From Treponemataceae bacterium (GTDB lineage Bacteria; Spirochaetota; Spirochaetia; Treponematales; Rectinemataceae): a stretch of 64,000 nt of DNA. The stretch lies in assembly GCA_963678065.2 (NCBI GenBank), contig CAXXVZ010000003.1, positions 1,760,001 to 1,824,000 on the forward strand, given 5' to 3'. A model generated the notes under the pieces. The model was not told the origin of the DNA and made no database searches. It worked only from the letters and a program-made list of their open reading frames with translations. The first letter of the stretch is position 1, and every line of letters begins with the position of its first letter. This document shows positions 19,969 through 29,881 of the stretch, piece after piece. A program made the position numbers and the translations under genes.

Positions 19969-21743
19969 AAGAGTTCGGCGACTCCCACCGTATAGACGCG
20001 ACCGTTCACCTCGACCCGGAAGAGCCTTTCCCGCGATGTCGGTGCGGCCCCGGCGCCGCGAGTCTCCCCCTGGGCGAGTTTCCGGACCAATTCCGCCTCC
20101 TCCTGGACGAGTCTGACCGCCTCTTCCGGGGTCACGGCCTTGAAGGAGACCCTGTCTCCCGGCTTCAGCCTCCCGAGGACGGGCAAGTCGACCGTGCAGA
20201 CATGGGCGATGCGAGGGTAGCCTCCCGTGGTCTGGCGGTCCGCCGCGAGGATGATGGGATTCCCCTGGCCGGGGACCTGGATGGTGCCGCTCAGCACCCC
20301 GGAGGATATGATGTCGGCCCCCCGCGAATGCGCGAGCTCAGGACCTTCGAGCCTGATGCCCATGCGGTCGCTTTTCGCCGAGACCGACCAGGATGAGGAA
20401 AAAAATGTCCGCAGGGTCCCGGCCACGAACCGGTCTTCCTCGTGCGAGACCGACACCCGGATTTCGTAGCTCTCCGAAAAAACGGGCCGGGCGGACTCGG
20501 GTACCGGGCGCGGCCTGGCCGCGGCGGTCCGGGGCCGGATGCCGAGACAGTCTCCGGCCTTGAGCTGTCGCCCGCAAAAGCCCCCGAAGCCGGCCCGCAG
20601 GTAGGTCGAACGGCTTCCCATGACGCTCCCGAGATCGAATCCTCCGGCCACCGCGAGGTAGCTCCGTATGCCCGAGGAAAGAGCGCCGACACAGAGAACC
20701 TCTCCCGGCTTTGCGTGCACGGCTTCGTACATCGGGACCAGCCTCCCCGAGAGTGTCGCGCCGAGTCCTCCCCCGGCGAGAGCGAAATCGGTCTCCGACG
20801 AAAACCGTATTTCGGGGCCGAGGAGGGTCATCTCGAGACTGGCCTCGCCCCGGTCGTTTCCGACCGCGATATTGGCGAGTTCAAGGGAACGCATGTCCAT
20901 GGCCCCCGAAGGAGGAACGCCCGTGGACTGATAGCCGTATCGACCCCGGTCCTGGACTGTCGTCAGCATGCCGGGAGAGAGAATCTCGAGTCGGGCTTGT
21001 CCGGGCGCCGTGGCCTGCGCCGCAGTCGCATTTTCCCGCGCGGCGGCGCCCGGACCGCGATTTTCCGCCTCGGCCAGAGAGCGGAAAGTGGCTTCGTCGA
21101 TGGGGACGAATCGGACAAATTGCCCCGCTCTGAGGAGGGCGGGAGGGGTCCGGTCAGGATCGAAGAGCCGCAGAGGGCTGCGCCCGATTATGTTCCAGCC
21201 GCCGGGACTTGCGAGGGGATAGACTCCCGTCTGGCCCTCGGCGATGCCGACCGAGCCTGCCTCGATCCGTACGCGGGGATCCTTGCGCCGCGGCGTCGCG
21301 ATCCGCTCCGACATGCCTCCGAGATAGGGAAAGCCCGGAGTGAATCCGAGCATGAAGACCCGGTAGCACCCGCCCGAGTGGATGGCGACGACTTCCTCTT
21401 CGGAGATCCCGGCGCGGGACGCGACCTCGGCCAGATCCACGCCGAATTCCCTCCCGTAGCACACCGGAAGTTCCACGATTTCCTGTTCGCCCTCGGCAAC
21501 TCCCTCGAGGGACCCGAGGAGCCTCTCCAGTTTTTCCCTGATCCCGCCCATCCCGGGGAGAAGCGGATCGAAGACAGCGAGGACCGAGCGGTACGCCGGG
21601 ATGAGTTCGCGCAGGCCGGGAAGCCCGGCCGCCCCGATCGCCCTCACGATCGACCGCACGAGCGCGAAATTGTCTTCCGAGATTTTTTCCGGGCCCTCAA
21701 TCATGAAGGCGCTATCGCCGAAGGCATGGACAGTGCAGTTCAC
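19965..21743 (-). CDS. pxpBC: 5-oxoprolinase PxpB-PxpC fusion (KipI/KipA-like)
   Basis: GFTPGFPYLG and SPGGWNIIG (PxpB); TTVQDRGRYG, SDRMGIRL and QTTGGYP (PxpC). Confidence 0.88.
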   Translation of the reverse strand: MNCTVHAFGDSAFMIEGPEKISEDNFALVRSIVRAIGAAGLPGLRELIPAYRSVLAVFDPLLPGMGGIREKLERLLGSLEGVAEGEQEIVELPVCYGREFGVDLAEVASRAGISEEEVVAIHSGGCYRVFMLGFTPGFPYLGGMSERIATPRRKDPRVRIEAGSVGIAEGQTGVYPLASPGGWNIIGRSPLRLFDPDRTPPALLRAGQFVRFVPIDEATFRSLAEAENRGPGAAARENATAAQATAPGQARLEILSPGMLTTVQDRGRYGYQSTGVPPSGAMDMRSLELANIAVGNDRGEASLEMTLLGPEIRFSSETDFALAGGGLGATLSGRLVPMYEAVHAKPGEVLCVGALSSGIRSYLAVAGGFDLGSVMGSRSTYLRAGFGGFCGRQLKAGDCLGIRPRTAAARPRPVPESARPVFSESYEIRVSVSHEEDRFVAGTLRTFFSSSWSVSAKSDRMGIRLEGPELAHSRGADIISSGVLSGTIQVPGQGNPIILAADRQTTGGYPRIAHVCTVDLPVLGRLKPGDRVSFKAVTPEEAVRLVQEEAELVRKLAQGETRGAGAAPTSRERLFRVEVNGRVYTVGVAELL

Positions 21744-21764
21744 GGCTTTTTCACTCCTGTTCGG

Positions 21765-22535
21765 TTATTCAGCGCCCTGCGGCTTCACGGAGGCGATATC
21801 GATCCTCGCATCCTTCAGGGCCCGCGAAAGGGCGCGGGCAAAGTCGAGCGCCTCGGGGTTGTCGCCGTGCAGGCAGACAGTATCGGCTTCGGCAGGAATC
21901 GTCTTCCCCGATACAGAGAGGACCGTGCCCTCCCTGACCATCCGAAGGACACGCGCGGTGCACTGCCCTTCGTCGTGGATGAGAGCGCCCAGCTCCGAGC
22001 GGGGCACGAGGCTGCCATCGTCGCGGTAACCTCTGTCCGCGAAAAACTCGCGCGCGAAGAAAAGCCCGTACTCTCCTGCGGCCTTCTCGAGCTCGGAACG
22101 GGGAAGCCCGACGAGGACAAGCTCCGGATCGAAGGCGGCCACGGCCCTGGCGATAGCCTTCGCCACGACGGGTGAGCGGACCGCGTCGTTGTACAGGGCT
22201 CCGTGCGCCTTCACGTGCCGCAGCCTCGAGCGCGCGACCTGCGCGAAGGCCTGCAGGGCGCCGATCTGGCAGAGCACGGCGCCGTAGACCTCGCCCTCCG
22301 ACATGGCCATGCTCCTGCGTCCGAAGCCCTGGATGTCCGGATAGCCCGGATGGGCGCCGAGGGCCAAACCCGCCCCGAGGGCGAGCCCTATGGTCTTCTC
22401 CATGACGGAGGGATCTCCCGCGTGCCAGCCGCAGGCGATGTTGGCCGAACTGATGAAGGGGAAGAGTTCCTTGTCGGCGCCGATGGTCCAGGCCCCGAAG
22501 CTCTCTCCCACATCGGCGTTGAGATCGATGGTCAC
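21765..22535 (-). CDS. pxpA: 5-oxoprolinase subunit A (LamB/YcsF)
   Basis: IDLNADVGESFG, ANIACGWHAGDP, HVKAHGALYN, FADR, CLHGD. Confidence 0.93.
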   Translation of the reverse strand: MTIDLNADVGESFGAWTIGADKELFPFISSANIACGWHAGDPSVMEKTIGLALGAGLALGAHPGYPDIQGFGRRSMAMSEGEVYGAVLCQIGALQAFAQVARSRLRHVKAHGALYNDAVRSPVVAKAIARAVAAFDPELVLVGLPRSELEKAAGEYGLFFAREFFADRGYRDDGSLVPRSELGALIHDEGQCTARVLRMVREGTVLSVSGKTIPAEADTVCLHGDNPEALDFARALSRALKDARIDIASVKPQGAE

Positions 22536-23461
22536 GATAGCGCCTCCCGGTATGCCGCGTGTACGCCGCGTATGACTTCCAGATACGTTTCGAGGGAAAG
22601 TCCGTCTACGGTCAGACCGCGGGTCTTCGTCGCCCCGTCGACCGCGCCGAGTCCCACGATCCGTCCGAGGACCTCGGCCTCCATGGCAGCATCCCTGAGC
22701 CCGTCCGCCGCCCCAACGCCGCGACCTTCCGCATTTTCCCGGGCGCCGGCGGCGAGCAGCGTCGCGGCCGCGAGGGCCCAGCCGCCCCAGTTCGAAACTC
22801 CGGCGACGATGGGAAAATCGGCGCCGCGCGCCGCGAATATCCGTTCGCCGTGCTCGACTCCCGCCCGCAAAGAGAAAGGCAGGGAACCCATGCCGAGTTC
22901 GTTTCCGCCGTCGCCCACCGCCACAGTAGTCCAGGGGAGGGTCATGCCGGCCGCCCCGGAGCCGAACAGCAGGTCGAGTCCAGGCACGAGGTCGTCCAGG
23001 CTCTCCCCGCGCATGGAATAGCGCGTGCCGTCAGCCGCGGAGCCCGGTCTCTCGATGGCGATGATGTGGGTCGGCCGGAATTCCGCGACCAGACGCAAAA
23101 GGAAGGCATCGGCCTCATCCTGCCCGAGGGGAACCTCGAAGACAGGAAGGGCCCTCCCGTAGACCTCGCAGGCGGAGCGCACGAGCGCCACGGAGTGGCG
23201 GTCGGTGACGATGCCGACCTCCGCGCCGAGGCCGGTCAGAACATCGGCCAGGATGGCCGCGCCTGGCGGCCCGTCCGTCTCGCCGATCATGAACGCGCGC
23301 ACGCAGAAGCCCGTGGCGATGAGAACTCTTTCGGCTCCGGCGAGGCTCTCGGCAGCAGCCTGCAGGGGATTCGGGCCGGCCTTCGAGGCCAATCCCCGCC
23401 CCCCGAAATCCTGGCGGATGAGACTATCCATCCTGCCGATGGCCGCGCTGGAACTCACCAT
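22532..23461 (-). CDS. DUF4392 protein (D-glutamate cyclase C-terminal-like)
   Basis: [28 protein letters not shown]; alternative GTG start at 23458. Confidence 0.85.
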   Translation of the reverse strand: MVSSSAAIGRMDSLIRQDFGGRGLASKAGPNPLQAAAESLAGAERVLIATGFCVRAFMIGETDGPPGAAILADVLTGLGAEVGIVTDRHSVALVRSACEVYGRALPVFEVPLGQDEADAFLLRLVAEFRPTHIIAIERPGSAADGTRYSMRGESLDDLVPGLDLLFGSGAAGMTLPWTTVAVGDGGNELGMGSLPFSLRAGVEHGERIFAARGADFPIVAGVSNWGGWALAAATLLAAGARENAEGRGVGAADGLRDAAMEAEVLGRIVGLGAVDGATKTRGLTVDGLSLETYLEVIRGVHAAYREALS

Positions 23462-24240
23462 GTGATGAGCTCCTCCTCCCTGATGTCCGTGATGAACATG
23501 TAGCCTGGCGCGTGGGTGATGGCGAGTTCGGGGCGGGCATTCCTCAGCGCCATCTGCGGAGTGACACCGCAGGCCCAGAAGACCGGGATCTCCCCGGGGC
23601 GGATTACGGGCGGATCACCGAAATCGACCGCGTCGATATCCTTTATGCCGATGGCGGCAGGGTCGCCCGCGTGGACTGGAGCCCCGTGCGCCTTGCGGTA
23701 GGGCGCGGTGAGTTTCGAGGCAGCCTCGACCAGTTCGGCCGGGATCGGCCGCATGCTCACGACCATGGGGCCGGAAAAAATTCCCGCGGGTCTACAGGCT
23801 ATATTCGTGACATACATGGGAACGTTGCGGCCCAGCTCGATGTGGCGCACGGGGATGCCGCGTTTCAGAAGCTGTGCCTCGAAGGTGAAGCTGCACCCGA
23901 GAAGGAAGGTCACCATGTCCTGCGTGAAATACTCGCGGATGTCGTCCACTTCGGCGACGAGCTCTCCGCGGCGGTGGATGCGGTATCTGGGCACATGTAT
24001 CCGTATGTCGGAATCGGGCCCCGCGATGGGCGGAGCGACGACGCCCGGATCGCAGACGTCGATGACGGGACAGGGCCTCTCGTTCCTCTGACAGAACAGA
24101 AGGAAGTCGAAAGCGTCCCGCTTGGGCAGGATTACGACATTGGCCTGAGTATATCCGGGGGCGAGTCCCGAAGTCGGCTTGCGCCAGCGTCCTTCGGCTA
24201 TCTCCCGCCGTATCTCGCTTATTGACGGATCACGCATCAC
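23455..24240 (-). CDS. DUF1445 putative hydro-lyase (YcsI / D-glutamate cyclase N-terminal-like)
   Basis: [35 protein letters not shown]. Confidence 0.9.
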   Translation of the reverse strand: MMRDPSISEIRREIAEGRWRKPTSGLAPGYTQANVVILPKRDAFDFLLFCQRNERPCPVIDVCDPGVVAPPIAGPDSDIRIHVPRYRIHRRGELVAEVDDIREYFTQDMVTFLLGCSFTFEAQLLKRGIPVRHIELGRNVPMYVTNIACRPAGIFSGPMVVSMRPIPAELVEAASKLTAPYRKAHGAPVHAGDPAAIGIKDIDAVDFGDPPVIRPGEIPVFWACGVTPQMALRNARPELAITHAPGYMFITDIREEELITW

Positions 24241-24935
24241 TCACCTCTGCGGCCGAGCGTCTTCGTCAGCCACACGGTGATTCTATCACGGAAGAGGAGC
24301 CCCGTGCCAAAGCAAAGCGCCGCGACCGCGAAGACGACGAGCGAGACTCCTATTTTCCCCTTGTAGGCGGAACTGCCGATGAAGGAGGAGCCGATGATGC
24401 CAGGCAGCCTCCCCACCATCGAGGCGACGAGAAAAAGCGCGGGCGAAAAGCGCGACATGCCGGCCACGTAGCACAGAGCATCCTTCGGTATCCCCGGGAT
24501 CGCGAAGAGGAGGAAATAGCCCATCAAGGCCTTCCGGTCGTTCACGACCCTTTCGATGCCCTCGAGACGCTCCGCGGAAAAGAGGGCCTGGACAAACGGG
24601 CGGCCGAGAGCGCGACCGACCGCATAGTTGAACATCGAACCGGCGGCTATTCCCGCGAAGCTCAGTATGAGTCCCTCGCCGAATCCGAAGACGAAACCGC
24701 CGGCGACCTGGGCGATTTCGCCCGGCAGGATAAAGATGACGACCTGAAGGATCTGCAGGAGCACGAAGGCTCCCGCGCCGAGAACTCCTTTTCCGTCAAT
24801 CCAGGCCCGCATGACTTCCCTGTCCTTGAAAAGGGGAAGAAGCCTGTCTCCGAAGAGGAGGAGGACCCCCGCCACGAGGAGGAAGAAAAGCGGAAAGGCG
24901 ACGAGGGCCAGAGGAGATGCGCGTTTATTTTCCAT
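24237..24935 (-). CDS. TVP38/TMEM64 (DedA/VTT) family membrane protein
   Basis: [29 protein letters not shown]; start MENKR at 24935. Confidence 0.85.
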   Translation of the reverse strand: MENKRASPLALVAFPLFFLLVAGVLLLFGDRLLPLFKDREVMRAWIDGKGVLGAGAFVLLQILQVVIFILPGEIAQVAGGFVFGFGEGLILSFAGIAAGSMFNYAVGRALGRPFVQALFSAERLEGIERVVNDRKALMGYFLLFAIPGIPKDALCYVAGMSRFSPALFLVASMVGRLPGIIGSSFIGSSAYKGKIGVSLVVFAVAALCFGTGLLFRDRITVWLTKTLGRRGE

Positions 24936-25047
24936 GAAGACAAATCTAGACGGCCCCGCGTGCATCCGGCAAGTCCGCGCCGCCCGAGCCGATGCCGGAT
25001 GCGCCCGCCTTTTTCCCTCAAGCCCGTGCAAGGGCTCTCCGCTCGCT

Positions 25048-25076
25048 TTGACTAAGGGTGGATTTTCTGGTATAGT
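25048..25076 (+). promoter_or_regulatory. Sigma70 promoter of carD
   Basis: TTGACT-17-TATAGT with extended TG; ATG lies 8 nt downstream. Confidence 0.65.
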
Positions 25077-25084
25077 CTACCGAT

Positions 25085-25585
25085 ATGGAAACCGCCGCCA
25101 CTTTCGAGTTCGCCGTAGACCAGCGCATCGTGTATCCCAGCCAGGGCGTAGGCAAGATTCTGGAAATCCGACAGAAGTCTTTCAAGGATTCCACGATCTA
25201 CTACTACACAATCTATCTGGACTTTTCCGATATGACCATCATGGTCCCCGTCGAGAAGGCGAAGGAACTCGGCATCCGGGCCATCGTGGACGAAACGCAG
25301 GCGAAGAAAGCCCTGTCCTACATCTCCGAGGAATACGCGCCGATTCCGACCGACTGGAAGCTGCGCTACCAGATGAACCTCGACCTACTCAAGAAGGGTT
25401 CCGTCCTCGACATCGCGTCGGTGGTGCGCTCCCTCTACCACCGTTCCAAGATCAAGGAACTCCCCATACTGGAGCGCAAGCTCTACGACTCGGCCTTGAA
25501 TCTCCTCCAGGACGAGATTTCCTTCTCCCTCGGGAAATCGAAGGACGAGATCGCCGAGCTGATCCGCGCGCGCCTCGAGAGCTGA
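25085..25585 (+). CDS. carD: CarD family transcriptional regulator
   Basis: VYPSQGVG, MVPVEKA..GIR, WKLRY; the carD-ispD adjacency is conserved in many bacteria. Confidence 0.92.
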   Translation: METAATFEFAVDQRIVYPSQGVGKILEIRQKSFKDSTIYYYTIYLDFSDMTIMVPVEKAKELGIRAIVDETQAKKALSYISEEYAPIPTDWKLRYQMNLDLLKKGSVLDIASVVRSLYHRSKIKELPILERKLYDSALNLLQDEISFSLGKSKDEIAELIRARLES

Positions 25586-25591
25586 TCCCGC

Positions 25592-26920
25592 ATGGCCGCC
25601 ACGGAAGCGGAAACCGGAATCCCGGACGGAACCGGAAGCTGGCGGTTCCGCGTCGCCGTCCTCGTCACCGCGGCGGGCTCCAGCGCGCGCTTCGGTTCCG
25701 GGAAAAAAGAGCTCGCCCTCATCGGACATCATTCCGTCCTCGACAGAGCCCTCTTTCCCTTCTGCTCCCTGCCAGGACTCTGCGCCATCGCCATCACGGC
25801 CCCTGCGGGCCGGATCGACGAATTGCGCGCCTGTCTCGACCCCGACACGGTAAACGCCATCGGCGACATACCTTTTGCCTTCGTGGAGGGTGGTGCCACC
25901 CGACGGGACTCCGTCCTGCGCGGCCTCGAGGCCCTCGAGGTGCAGCTTCGCGGCTCCGACCACGGGACGGATGAGGTCGTCGTCCTCGTCCACGACGGGG
26001 CGCGTCCCTGGGCCAGCCGGGAAATCGCCCTCAAAGTCGCCGAAGTCGCCGCGCGCTCGGGCGCCTGCATTCCCGTCATACCGCTCTCGGACACGCCGAA
26101 GGAAATTTCCCCCGGAGGTCTCATTCTCAGCCATCCCCGGCGCGCGAGCCTCGGCGGGGCGCAGACACCCCAGGGCTTCTTCCTCGCGCCTCTTCTTGCC
26201 GTCCACCGGCAAGCCCTGGCCGAAAATGTCGACTGCACGGACGACGCCGAGCTCTGGTCCCGCTACCGGGGGCCCGTCTCCTGGGTCGAGGGGGAGGTCG
26301 GCAACCGAAAGGTCACCTACAGGGAGGATATTCCCGTGACAGAACCGAAAGACGCCGGGCCGCCCGGCCGCGGTGATGCCGCAGCCCCCGCGACCGCCCG
26401 CGACGACAGGAGTGGCGGGTCAGGGTCAGTCGCGACTGACCTGCGCATCGGCGAGGGCTGGGACCTCCACAGGCTCGTCCCCGGAAGGAAACTCGTCATC
26501 GGCTCCGTCACGCTCGAGAGTCCTCTCGGGGAAGACGCCCACTCGGATGGGGACGTGCTCTGGCACGCCGTCACCGACGCCCTCATCGGCGCCTGCGCCC
26601 TCGGGGACATCGGCGCGCACTTCCCGCCCGAGGACATGCGCTGGAAGGACGCGGACTCCGCCGTCCTCGCAGCGGCCATCGTCGACCTCGTCAGGAAGGA
26701 AGGGTACCGCCCCGTCAACCTCGATTGCACGGTCGTCCTGGAATCCCCGAAGATCGGTCCTCACCGCGACCTCATCCGCGCCAATCTCGCGCGGGTACTC
26801 GGCATGGAGCCGGGCCGTGTCTCGGTCAAGGCCAAGACCCATGAAAAGGTCGACGCCGTGGGCGAGCTCAGGGCCATAGAAGCCCGCGCCATCGTGCTCG
26901 TGGAGAGAACCAGGTTCTGA
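25592..26920 (+). CDS. ispDF: Bifunctional IspD/IspF
   Basis: AAGSSARFG..K, HDGARP, QTPQGF, TDD (IspD); RIGEGWDLH, HSDGDV, GDIG, KAKT (IspF). Confidence 0.92.
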   Translation: MAATEAETGIPDGTGSWRFRVAVLVTAAGSSARFGSGKKELALIGHHSVLDRALFPFCSLPGLCAIAITAPAGRIDELRACLDPDTVNAIGDIPFAFVEGGATRRDSVLRGLEALEVQLRGSDHGTDEVVVLVHDGARPWASREIALKVAEVAARSGACIPVIPLSDTPKEISPGGLILSHPRRASLGGAQTPQGFFLAPLLAVHRQALAENVDCTDDAELWSRYRGPVSWVEGEVGNRKVTYREDIPVTEPKDAGPPGRGDAAAPATARDDRSGGSGSVATDLRIGEGWDLHRLVPGRKLVIGSVTLESPLGEDAHSDGDVLWHAVTDALIGACALGDIGAHFPPEDMRWKDADSAVLAAAIVDLVRKEGYRPVNLDCTVVLESPKIGPHRDLIRANLARVLGMEPGRVSVKAKTHEKVDAVGELRAIEARAIVLVERTRF

Positions 26921-26933
26921 GCGGCTGGCGACT

Positions 26934-27818
26934 TTAGTCCCGCAGGACGACCGGCCGGGCCATGAAGAATACGGCGGCCGCGATGGCGGCGAAGGCCAGG
27001 GCCTGGAGCGGCGCGAAGGGCGTCGAGAAGACGGCGTAGGACGCGACCGCGGGCCAGAGCACCTGCATCCCGTAGAAGGCCGGCGCGACCTGGCCGAGAC
27101 TGCCGGCGCCGTAGGCCTTCTGGGAAAATACGAAGGCGCTCACCCCCGCCGCGATGTAGAGCCAGAGCCAGGGCGCAAAAAACCAGGAAGCCAGCGTGCC
27201 GGGTCCCGACTGAATCACGCGCATCGGAAGGACCATGAATCCGCCGAGGGCTCCGGCCGCGGCCCCCATGCCCGAGGCGAAAAAAGCCTTGAACCGAGGC
27301 CTCGACCCCAACCCCGCCACCACGATGGCCAGGGCGAATGGAATGATGAAGGCGACGATGACGGCCGCCGCAGAAAACGGAGCGGCCACGCTTGCCGCGG
27401 AAGACGATGATCCCGCAGCGGCAGCATCCGCGGTGCCTGGAGACCCCGTGAGTCCGGCGAGAGCGATGGCTCCGAAGAGGGCCAGGGTCCACCTTATCCG
27501 CGAACGCGTGAGCTTTTCCCCGAGGAGAGGCACGGAGAACAGCGCGGTGAAGGCGACACTCGATCCCGCCGCGGAGGCCGCCACGTTTGCGGAAAGACCG
27601 AAGAGGGAAACGAAAAGGAAGATCGGCTGCAGGTTCATGAGAACGAATCCGGCCATCCACATGGCGACATCGCGTCGGAAAACGGGCGCAACCCTGCCCT
27701 CCGGAGTCTTCCGGGCGTAGAGCCAGGCCACATGTTTTTTCTGCAGCACCATCCCGAGTGAGAGACAGGCATTGCCCGCGAGGGCGATAGGCATCGCGAT
27801 AAGTGGAGAAAGCGTCAC
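26934..27818 (-). CDS. DMT superfamily (NIPA/Mg-transporter-like) membrane protein
   Basis: About 9 hydrophobic segments, GMVLQKK, LLGEKL. Confidence 0.65.
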   Translation of the reverse strand: MTLSPLIAMPIALAGNACLSLGMVLQKKHVAWLYARKTPEGRVAPVFRRDVAMWMAGFVLMNLQPIFLFVSLFGLSANVAASAAGSSVAFTALFSVPLLGEKLTRSRIRWTLALFGAIALAGLTGSPGTADAAAAGSSSSAASVAAPFSAAAVIVAFIIPFALAIVVAGLGSRPRFKAFFASGMGAAAGALGGFMVLPMRVIQSGPGTLASWFFAPWLWLYIAAGVSAFVFSQKAYGAGSLGQVAPAFYGMQVLWPAVASYAVFSTPFAPLQALAFAAIAAAVFFMARPVVLRD

Positions 27819-27841
27819 GGAAACCTCGCTCTAGTGTGCGT

Positions 27842-29881
27842 TCAGACCTTGCGGGCAGTCCGCCTGATCGCGTCGAACAGTGATGCGTGGGGACTCGCCG
27901 CCCGGTAGAATACCGCCGGATATCCGAATGGCGTCTCGATGCTGAGATCTCCGCCGGAGAAATGGCGTGAGGACCACATGTGGACCCACTCGTCCTCGGG
28001 AAGACGGAGGCTCGTCGAACCGCTCTTCTCGTCGAGAACCGGCGCCACAAGGATATCCCTCCCATAGAGGTATTGAAAGGGATGTTCGTGCAGTTTCCCG
28101 TCATTTTCGTAGTGGATGAAGGGGTGTCGGATCGGCGGCAGACCGAAAAGCCGGTATTCCTCGGTGACAACCCTGTGGTATGGCTTGAGGGCCCCATATA
28201 TCTCCGAAGAGCGGGCGAGCAGAGCAAGCATGGTGGGATCGGACCAGAACTGGGCGTTCCTGTCAGGCCTGTCGCCTTCGTGGGTCCGGAATACCGGCGT
28301 GAAGGCGGCTATCTCCATCCAGCGGGCGAGGCAGCGTGGGCTTCGCTTGAGCCAGGCTACCGCCTTGTAGCCGCCGACGTCGGAGTGCCAGAAGGCGATC
28401 CCGGAAAAACCCATGGAGAGCGAGGCGGGAATGACGGAGGGCAGGCCCTCGCTCCTGGAGAAATTGACGAGCTGGTCGCCCGCCCAGACTCCATTGGCCT
28501 CGCGGGAAGTCCCGAGCCAGCCGGAGCGCACGAAAAAGACGATATCCTTGGCTGAGCGCGGGCGCCCGTCAGGCCCCTCGCTGCCCGCCACCGACCACTC
28601 GGCGATGGCTTCGCGGTTGAGGGCGGCCCAGAGGACAGGCCAGCGGTTGTGCGCCAGCTTCGCGTCCTCTCCCGAATGGAGGACGGCGTCCGCGGGCAGG
28701 TATTCGCCGGAATCGGCCATCCATCCGGAGATGCCGAGATCCAGCATCTCGGTGCGGATGATGTTCTTGTACCAGCGCCGGGCGTGGGGATGGGTGAGGT
28801 CGATCATGGCGGCGGGGAAGCCTGTCGCCTCGGCGAGGTAATCGCTTCCGTCGGGCTTTTTCACGCAATAGCCGCGCGACGAAGCTTCCTTGTACTGTTC
28901 GCCGTCCGCCGCGAGAAAGGGATTTATGTAGCCGAGGAAGCGTATGCCGCGATCCCGCAGGCTCCTGATCCCTTCCCCGAGGCCAGGATACAGGCTCCTG
29001 TCATAGCTCCAGTTCCACACAGGCTCTCGGCCGCGGGAGCTCTCCCTCGCGCCGCACCAGTCCCGGACCCAGACGGCCCCGACCGCGGCGCCGGCCTTCA
29101 GCGCCGCGTCGACCTTGCCCAGAATGGCATCCATGCCGCCCTGGACTCCGAGCCAGGCCCCGTCGTAGACCCAGTCGGGAGGAGCGCTCTGGCGGCCAAG
29201 CTCCGAGCTGAGGGCGGACATGATCTTCGGCATCTCGCGGCCGAAACCCATGGCGATGGACGTGGGTACGCCCCAGCACTCCACAGCGGTCAGGGTTTTG
29301 CCGAAACCGAAGGTCGTATGGGCGGCCGTGTCGACGACGGCCCAATAATTCATGGAAGAAACGTAGATGGGAGCGGGAAAGCACGTCGTATGCCAGTTTC
29401 CGCCCGCCCCGCCGCCGGGCCTGGTGGCGAGCGCGATGAGGTCTCGCCCTCGGCCGGGGTCCCGCTCCTCGACCCAGAGCGGCACCTTCCGCCCTTTCAG
29501 GTCGAGTCTGGAACACTGCTCGCCGCAGCCGTAAATCCGCTCTTTCGGGTGGGCGCCGAGCCTGATCCTGAAATGGTTGATGCCGGGGTCGGCGCAGGAA
29601 AAGGACATCCGCAGGACACCCTTCTCGTAGGTGACCGTCATGAGGAGGAGTCCCCCGAAGTCGACGACGGTCCTGTCCGCGCCCCGGTATCGGAGGCTGA
29701 AGGGGCCAAGTTTTTTCGGGACCGCGCGGCGCGTCTTCAGGGCAAAGGCTCCGCGGTTCTGCCTGACGCGGTGCTCCGCCGTGGCAAGCTCGACGCAGGG
29801 GCTTCTGTGCGTGTGCCTGAGCACCCGCCGACCCTCTACCGTCAATATGAACCCATCGCGCGCGGTCTCGAACGATATCAC
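27842..29881 (-). CDS. GH31 alpha-glucosidase, YihQ/sulfoquinovosidase-like
   Basis: IYGCGEQ, GVQGG, WNW, GWMADSGEYLP (nucleophile), WAGDQ (acid/base), HSDVGGY, RTHEG. Confidence 0.87.
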   Translation of the reverse strand: MISFETARDGFILTVEGRRVLRHTHRSPCVELATAEHRVRQNRGAFALKTRRAVPKKLGPFSLRYRGADRTVVDFGGLLLMTVTYEKGVLRMSFSCADPGINHFRIRLGAHPKERIYGCGEQCSRLDLKGRKVPLWVEERDPGRGRDLIALATRPGGGAGGNWHTTCFPAPIYVSSMNYWAVVDTAAHTTFGFGKTLTAVECWGVPTSIAMGFGREMPKIMSALSSELGRQSAPPDWVYDGAWLGVQGGMDAILGKVDAALKAGAAVGAVWVRDWCGARESSRGREPVWNWSYDRSLYPGLGEGIRSLRDRGIRFLGYINPFLAADGEQYKEASSRGYCVKKPDGSDYLAEATGFPAAMIDLTHPHARRWYKNIIRTEMLDLGISGWMADSGEYLPADAVLHSGEDAKLAHNRWPVLWAALNREAIAEWSVAGSEGPDGRPRSAKDIVFFVRSGWLGTSREANGVWAGDQLVNFSRSEGLPSVIPASLSMGFSGIAFWHSDVGGYKAVAWLKRSPRCLARWMEIAAFTPVFRTHEGDRPDRNAQFWSDPTMLALLARSSEIYGALKPYHRVVTEEYRLFGLPPIRHPFIHYENDGKLHEHPFQYLYGRDILVAPVLDEKSGSTSLRLPEDEWVHMWSSRHFSGGDLSIETPFGYPAVFYRAASPHASLFDAIRRTARKV

